A DNA stretch of 64,000 bases from positions 2,542,001 to 2,606,000 of the forward strand of contig OZ374562.1 of assembly GCA_977862235.1 (NCBI GenBank), given 5' to 3'. Position numbers and translations under genes: made by a program. Source of the stretch: Dudresnaya verticillata (Eukaryota). Below the pieces are notes generated by a model that was given only the letters and a program-made list of their open reading frames with translations, was not told the DNA's origin and did no database searches. Positions 58,931 to 64,000 of this stretch are shown here, in pieces; positions within the stretch are counted from its first letter, which is position 1; every line of letters starts with the position of its first letter.

Positions 58931-60676
58931 ATGTCGCCCATTTCCGTCGCCTTCCCGACCGCGCAGCAGCTAGACTCGCTCTCCCGGACGGCAGCGCAGC
59001 AGAGCCGTGCCACCGCATCCTGCCCGGCGTCGCTGCTCCACCGGTGCCTATCGCTGCTACAAACTCCATGGGTCTCCAGCTTCCTCTTCACCTCGTCGCC
59101 AATCCACATCCGCCACTTCTCCAACCCGTGCCCCGCGCTCCCCTCCCTCACATCCACGCTCTCCGCCACGCGCGTCGAGCCGTTTCCGTTCGCGCACCCG
59201 CGCCCGTCCAACGAGCCGGAGACGCACCACATGCACTGCCGCCAACTCCTGTCGCCAGCCTTCACGTTGCACCACCTCACGGCGGGCTTTGGCGTGCTGC
59301 GCGCCGAGACGCACAACCTCTCCCCGCACACGCCCGAGCTTTGGCATCTCGCATGCGCACAGACCATGCATTTCCGCTTCGTCCACGACGCCGCCTCGCA
59401 TACCTCGATGCACCTCATTGACGCCCCGCATCTCGCCCTTGTCCTGCTCGACGTCTCCACCTTCCTCTCCTCCACCCGCATCCGTACTGTAACGTTCGTC
59501 CTGCGCCGCCCGGCCCTGCACGCCGCAGTCGCCGTCTCTGGTGGTGACTGTGCCCCGTCGGCGGAAGACCTGCTCTCCGCTCTCTGGATCACATACCATG
59601 ACGAGCAGACCTTCCCTTGCAAGGTTTGCCATGCCCCTGCAGACGCCCGCTGCGGCTGCAAGTTGCCAACCTACACTGCGCGCCATCCTTATGATAGCGA
59701 ACACTTTCAACTGTCCGTCGGCTTGTTTCTGGGCACTCATGATGGCATGGGCATCAAGAAGTTTGGCATCTGCGAGCGTAAAGTCACCCTTGCCACCCGT
59801 ATCGCCATGCATGCTGATACAGATCCTGCCTTTGCCCGCGACGCTACTGATTGGGTCGTGTCCTCGTTTCTAAACTCGACCCCGCCCAGCCCAAGTCGCT
59901 CCAGGCTCTTCTTCATGTACGATCCCAGCATGTGGCTCGAGAAGCGCCGCCATGCTGCCAAGACCTTGCAGGATCTAGATGCCGAACTCTTGCGAACGTG
60001 TGGTATTCTGGATAGGAACGTGGATACGGAAGGGGAGGATGTATGCGACGCCAGAAGCGAGACACTCATACAGGTCTCAAAAGATCATCAACTGGATAGG
60101 TACCTCATGAGTTGCGACCCGACAAGGACCGTTGAGGCTGAGGTGGCCGCTAGTGGGGCTTGTCCCTTGGAAGACTTTGCCGTTCTGGAGGATGCTTCAG
60201 CTGTTGGCAAATCTGGGCCGAGTAAATTTGTCGAACGCACTGTTCTGGAAGGCGAGGAATGGTGGGAGAGGAGATGCGAGAGCGGTAAAAACGGCACGGG
60301 CGAGGAAGCAGAGGTTGTTGTGCCAGCCCCGCGCGCAAAGATTACGACTTCTGATACAACAGAAATCGCGAGCTCCTCGTCTTTGCCAGTTCATACTCCT
60401 ACACCTATTGACATCCCAACCAGTTTTGTCGTGATGACCAATAGAAGCAAAGAGGAGGAACGGGATTTTGCAGAGAGAAGACGGAAGGCTATCGCTAGAC
60501 GAGAGCGAAACAGGCTTGCTGCCCGAAAGTCGAACTTGAGGAGAAAGGAAAAGCGTGAGTCGCTGGTAGCTGCGGTCAAGTCAATGAACGATCATAAGGA
60601 GGAGCTGCGGAAGAAGGAGATGGTTTTGAGAAAGGAGAACATGCGGCTACGCAAGATGGCCATTGGGAGCAACTGA
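58931..60676 (+). CDS. bZIP-like transcription factor (581 aa) with a C-terminal atypical basic region/zipper and an N-terminal domain carrying CxxC..CxC
   Basis: RRERNRLAARKSNLRRKEKRESL..LRKKEMVLRKENMRLRK; intact GC-rich ORF. Confidence 0.85.
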   Translation: MSPISVAFPTAQQLDSLSRTAAQQSRATASCPASLLHRCLSLLQTPWVSSFLFTSSPIHIRHFSNPCPALPSLTSTLSATRVEPFPFAHPRPSNEPETHHMHCRQLLSPAFTLHHLTAGFGVLRAETHNLSPHTPELWHLACAQTMHFRFVHDAASHTSMHLIDAPHLALVLLDVSTFLSSTRIRTVTFVLRRPALHAAVAVSGGDCAPSAEDLLSALWITYHDEQTFPCKVCHAPADARCGCKLPTYTARHPYDSEHFQLSVGLFLGTHDGMGIKKFGICERKVTLATRIAMHADTDPAFARDATDWVVSSFLNSTPPSPSRSRLFFMYDPSMWLEKRRHAAKTLQDLDAELLRTCGILDRNVDTEGEDVCDARSETLIQVSKDHQLDRYLMSCDPTRTVEAEVAASGACPLEDFAVLEDASAVGKSGPSKFVERTVLEGEEWWERRCESGKNGTGEEAEVVVPAPRAKITTSDTTEIASSSSLPVHTPTPIDIPTSFVVMTNRSKEEERDFAERRRKAIARRERNRLAARKSNLRRKEKRESLVAAVKSMNDHKEELRKKEMVLRKENMRLRKMAIGSN

Positions 60677-61189
60677 GATAGTATTCTAAGGGATGTCTAG
60701 GCTTGTAAACATTTCGTTTCTATTTATGAGGGTGGGGGACAGACTTTTATCAAGGTGGATGAGAGGGTCTCTGCGACGCTCCAGGAACTAAATCAGCACA
60801 AGCGACAAGAAGACGACCTCGTTTGACAGTTCAGTTCAAGCTTGATATCGAAGAAAAGGAGACTAACAAGACAGACAATACCCTGGTTTCAGCAGACGGG
60901 CTTGCTGGCATACTATCCAATAGAGGGCCTGGAGTCCCTTCCGACTGCTGGGAATCATCAAGGTAGGGACATTACGCTCAAAATCCCTATCTTGCCACTA
61001 CGGAAAGTCCTTTGTGGTCCCCAATTTTCTGCAGAAGGGATTTCAATCCCACTTGACAATTGAATAACAAGAGGCCAGAACAAGAGGCCTTATCTTGTCT
61101 TTTTAAGACGGCAGGGAATACTGCAATAATAGCGACGCCTTGCGATTTCCAGAGAATAGCTCAACGTTTGGAGAAGAACCGCAAGACTG

Positions 61190-61866
61190 CAGATGCAACG
61201 GAGCAATAATCCGACTGAATGCCTATTCTCGGATCAGTAGCAGAGGTTGCGAGACTCTGGAGTATTTTGAAACATGTCATAACCGAGAATTGTCGTTCCG
61301 TGACTCCCAAAATGTTTGAAGCGTTTATGTTCTTGAAACTCAACGAACAGTTTTGGGATGAATAGGTAGTCACAGAGGCTATACATGGAGCACGATCAAG
61401 CCCTGTTGCAATGAGTTTGCAACAAAAGGAAAACAAGCACAACTTGACTCTCTCCATGCCTAGTTACACGATGGGTGCAGATGATAGGGTTACGGCATTT
61501 GTTTTGGCCTGCGGAAGATGTAACCGCTTTTTAAAGACGTAAAGGAGTTGTGCACTCAGCATTGCTCTTTAGTTTCCAATAGATATTGTCGACAGGTGTT
61601 GCAATGTTTCGTCCCGGCCGCAACAAAATTATCACTTATGCAATATTGCACTTCTCTTTCCAATCGCTGTTGAATTGTTTGTCGCGGACGAAGTAGAAAG
61701 TATCACCTTTGCAATACCTTACTTCTCTTTACGTTGTTTGCAATAAAACCTGCAGCATGAGGTAGGGAATATTTTCCGCGTATTGCTCTTCATAAGCAAA
61801 CACGCATCCCTTTATTCTCAAAGTGGAGAAGAGAAATACGTTGCAATAATGTTGGACGAGGCCCTA
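61190..61866 (+). mobile_element. hAT-like transposase C-terminal dimerisation-domain remnant and probable right end
   Basis: 61219-61365 translates as ILGSVAEVARLWSILKHVITENCRSVTPKMFEAFMFLKLNEQFWD, with stops on either side. GCAATA/TATTGC subterminal repeats follow, and a ...ggcccta end lies at 61866. Confidence 0.7.
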
Positions 61867-62247
61867 CCCAGCACAGATCAATAGCCGCCCCAAGAAACGG
61901 GGCTTTGTGCGAACTAGCATTGACGGTCACGCAGGGATTGAACACTGACTGAATGCTCTTGCGACGGAAAAAGGCTGATCTTTATCGCTAGCTCTGATGC
62001 TGTAGTCCACCATCGCCAGCTCCATCTTTAATTCGTGTTTCAATAAACCTATTTGGCAAGCTCGCTCGCAACTCCTGACGTATTGAAGAAACCTCGACTT
62101 GTCTGACAAACTCTAGAAAAGATGTGAATCACGCCGCATGATTGCGCAGCCCTGATCCACACGACAAATGTTATTTTCGGACACAAAGAGAGTCGCCTAC
62201 ACCCTCAACCTACAACACTGGAATCCCACTGGACAGCCTGTGTCTGT

Positions 62248-62650
62248 TCACCTGTCACTTCTAACCATCTTGCGTAGCTTGGAATTCTCCTTCCTCAGTG
62301 ATAATTCCTTCGTCCTGAGCTCTTCCCTTCGTTCTCTCAGGTTCTCAATATCCGCAACTAAATTCTCCCTCTTCTCCTTCCTCTTGAGGTTCGACTTCCG
62401 AGCCGCTTCGCGGTTGCGATCCCTTCTTTCTTTTGCCTTTCGACGTTTTTCGGCCAGAATCTCTGCATCATTGGCTTCTTTCCGATGGCTGCTCTTTCCG
62501 TCCATTTTGTCGTTGGTTGGGATATGTAAGCAGTCCTCAAACGGTAAACTTGTCGAATTGAAACTTCGTGATATGTATCTCGATCAACCGATATCCATGA
62601 GGGGTAGCGTTCCCCCTCGCAGTGCAGCACTCCAGGCGTTTATAGGATCG
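62248..62650 (-). pseudogene. C-terminal remnant of another bZIP-like paralogue
   Basis: NSTSLP..HIPT..RRDRNREAARKSNLKRKEKRENL..LRKENSKLRK, with an in-frame TGA just upstream; further upstream frames are broken. Confidence 0.75.
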
Positions 62651-64000
62651 GGATGACTATGTTCTCAGTATCCTTGCAGTCAGCCTTTCATGCTTTGGAC
62701 ATGTGCATTGCATGCACCTCCTTGCAATAAAGCGTATGGAGGTGGGTGATTGGATGCACCCTGCAACAGCCATGGTTGTACGTAAGCCCCCAATGATGGA
62801 GCAACAATCTGGAGGTGACGTCGACCTGCAAGGACGACTCAAGGACCTTCTAAAATTAATACTGGCACCATGCCGCAGCGAGGCAGATGTGAAGCTACTC
62901 TCGAGCACTCAGCACCCAAAAGGCGAGATTCTGTTCGTGGGTGTGTTTCGGCTTGCGGCCACGGCGTACCATTCAGGCTCCTCCGAGCGGAGGTCATACT
63001 TCGATATCCCAAAGGGTCAAGAGCGGAGTGGGATCCGCGGAAATGTGCTGCACTGCGTGTTGTCTTTGAATCCGACTCGTCACGATGGGTGTCCGGTGTT
63101 GTCGTCTTGCAATGAGATACGAAGCAGTTGGTTTGCTCATAAGAGCAAGCATAGTAGGTGGAGTGCGGAGCTGTAGCTGTTCGCGCTGTCTGTCGGCCGC
63201 AGTGTGCGCTGTAGGCCCGGACGTCACATGTTGCTTTGCGAGATGTACAAGTCATTCCGCCATTAGTGAAGCCAGGGAAGGCCATGGATGCTGCGCTGTA
63301 CAGAAGTATCTTCAGCTACTGCAGCTCCGCTGTCAGAAGCAGTATCACAAGGTCTACTATGCTTTCTACTGCTAACACCAAGGACGCCATTCACGGGTTG
63401 TAACGGGCGCGTGAAACGATGTCCGTAAACCTGCGCGAGACTCGTCCGGTGTGAGAAACAATGAGAGTCTCAATATGAGACGTTTGTTCACAGTCGCCTC
63501 GCGAGAACACTGCCATGACCACAAGCGCCTGGCGGAATAGAATTCGACACATCCAGCGAGTAGCTGAAGCGAGAATGAGATGTTCGATGCTTGTCACTAG
63601 CGCAATCGTCGAAGCGGTGCGAAGAGGAGAGGAGCTCTCTCGATCAGCAATGCATCGACGGCTGGCTCTCAGCCACCTGAGGCTGATGTGACGACCAAAT
63701 TTTCTCATGCTCACAGCGTCGTAGGCCCCGTTGCCAGCAATTCGCCCCTTTGAAGGTGTCCGCGTGTGCCACCAGGCCCTCCAGCAATGCCGTGCGAGAG
63801 AGCGAGACGGGCGCGCAGCACCGCCTTTGCACGGCCTTCATCTCCCCCTCCACTCACTCTCGCGCGCGCTGGAGGGGTGGGTCAAGCTCAGGGCGGGCCG
63901 ATTCGGCGTATGGAAGGGGCGACCGGAATGACGCGTGAGCGCGGACGTGAGCTGGCACTCAAGCTACAGCAACTCTGGGGGCTGGCTTGGCTATCAAGTT

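Noticed and set aside
58381..59812. Long alternative-frame and antisense ORFs (346, 279, 251 aa)
   Set aside because: Shadows of the 581-aa bZIP-like gene in GC-rich DNA.
62657..63938. Upstream body of the third bZIP paralogue
   Set aside because: Only faint similarity in broken frames; cannot be supported by eye.

Overview
Eukaryotic, intron-poor, repeat-rich DNA. The compact GC-rich genes, a GTACGC...CTAAC...AG intron and the atypical bZIP family suggest a red alga or similar, but that is inference only. Positions 1-14997 are at least 3 near-identical 4,891-bp tandem units, each carrying a secreted two-domain Cys-rich (defensin/clip-like) gene, and the array ends in an inverted duplication. 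A LINE relic, an RNF10/MAG2-like gene and a bZIP-like pseudogene follow. About 22.6-57.4 kb is a heavily duplicated and inverted cluster. It holds five paralogues of a signal-pro-(knottin)3-5 toxin-like precursor (one pseudogene). At the centre of a ~4.45-kb-arm inverted repeat sits an intron-containing, signal-peptide-bearing phage tail-collar (COG4675/MdpB-like) gene, with three truncated copies elsewhere in the cluster. The right end has a CRE-like retrotransposon relic, a coiled-coil gene, an intact atypical bZIP gene, a hAT relic and a third bZIP remnant. The best candidate for a novel system is the palindromic cluster combining a domesticated, secreted tail-fibre-like protein with diversifying multi-knottin peptides. 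All family assignments are by eye, not database searches.
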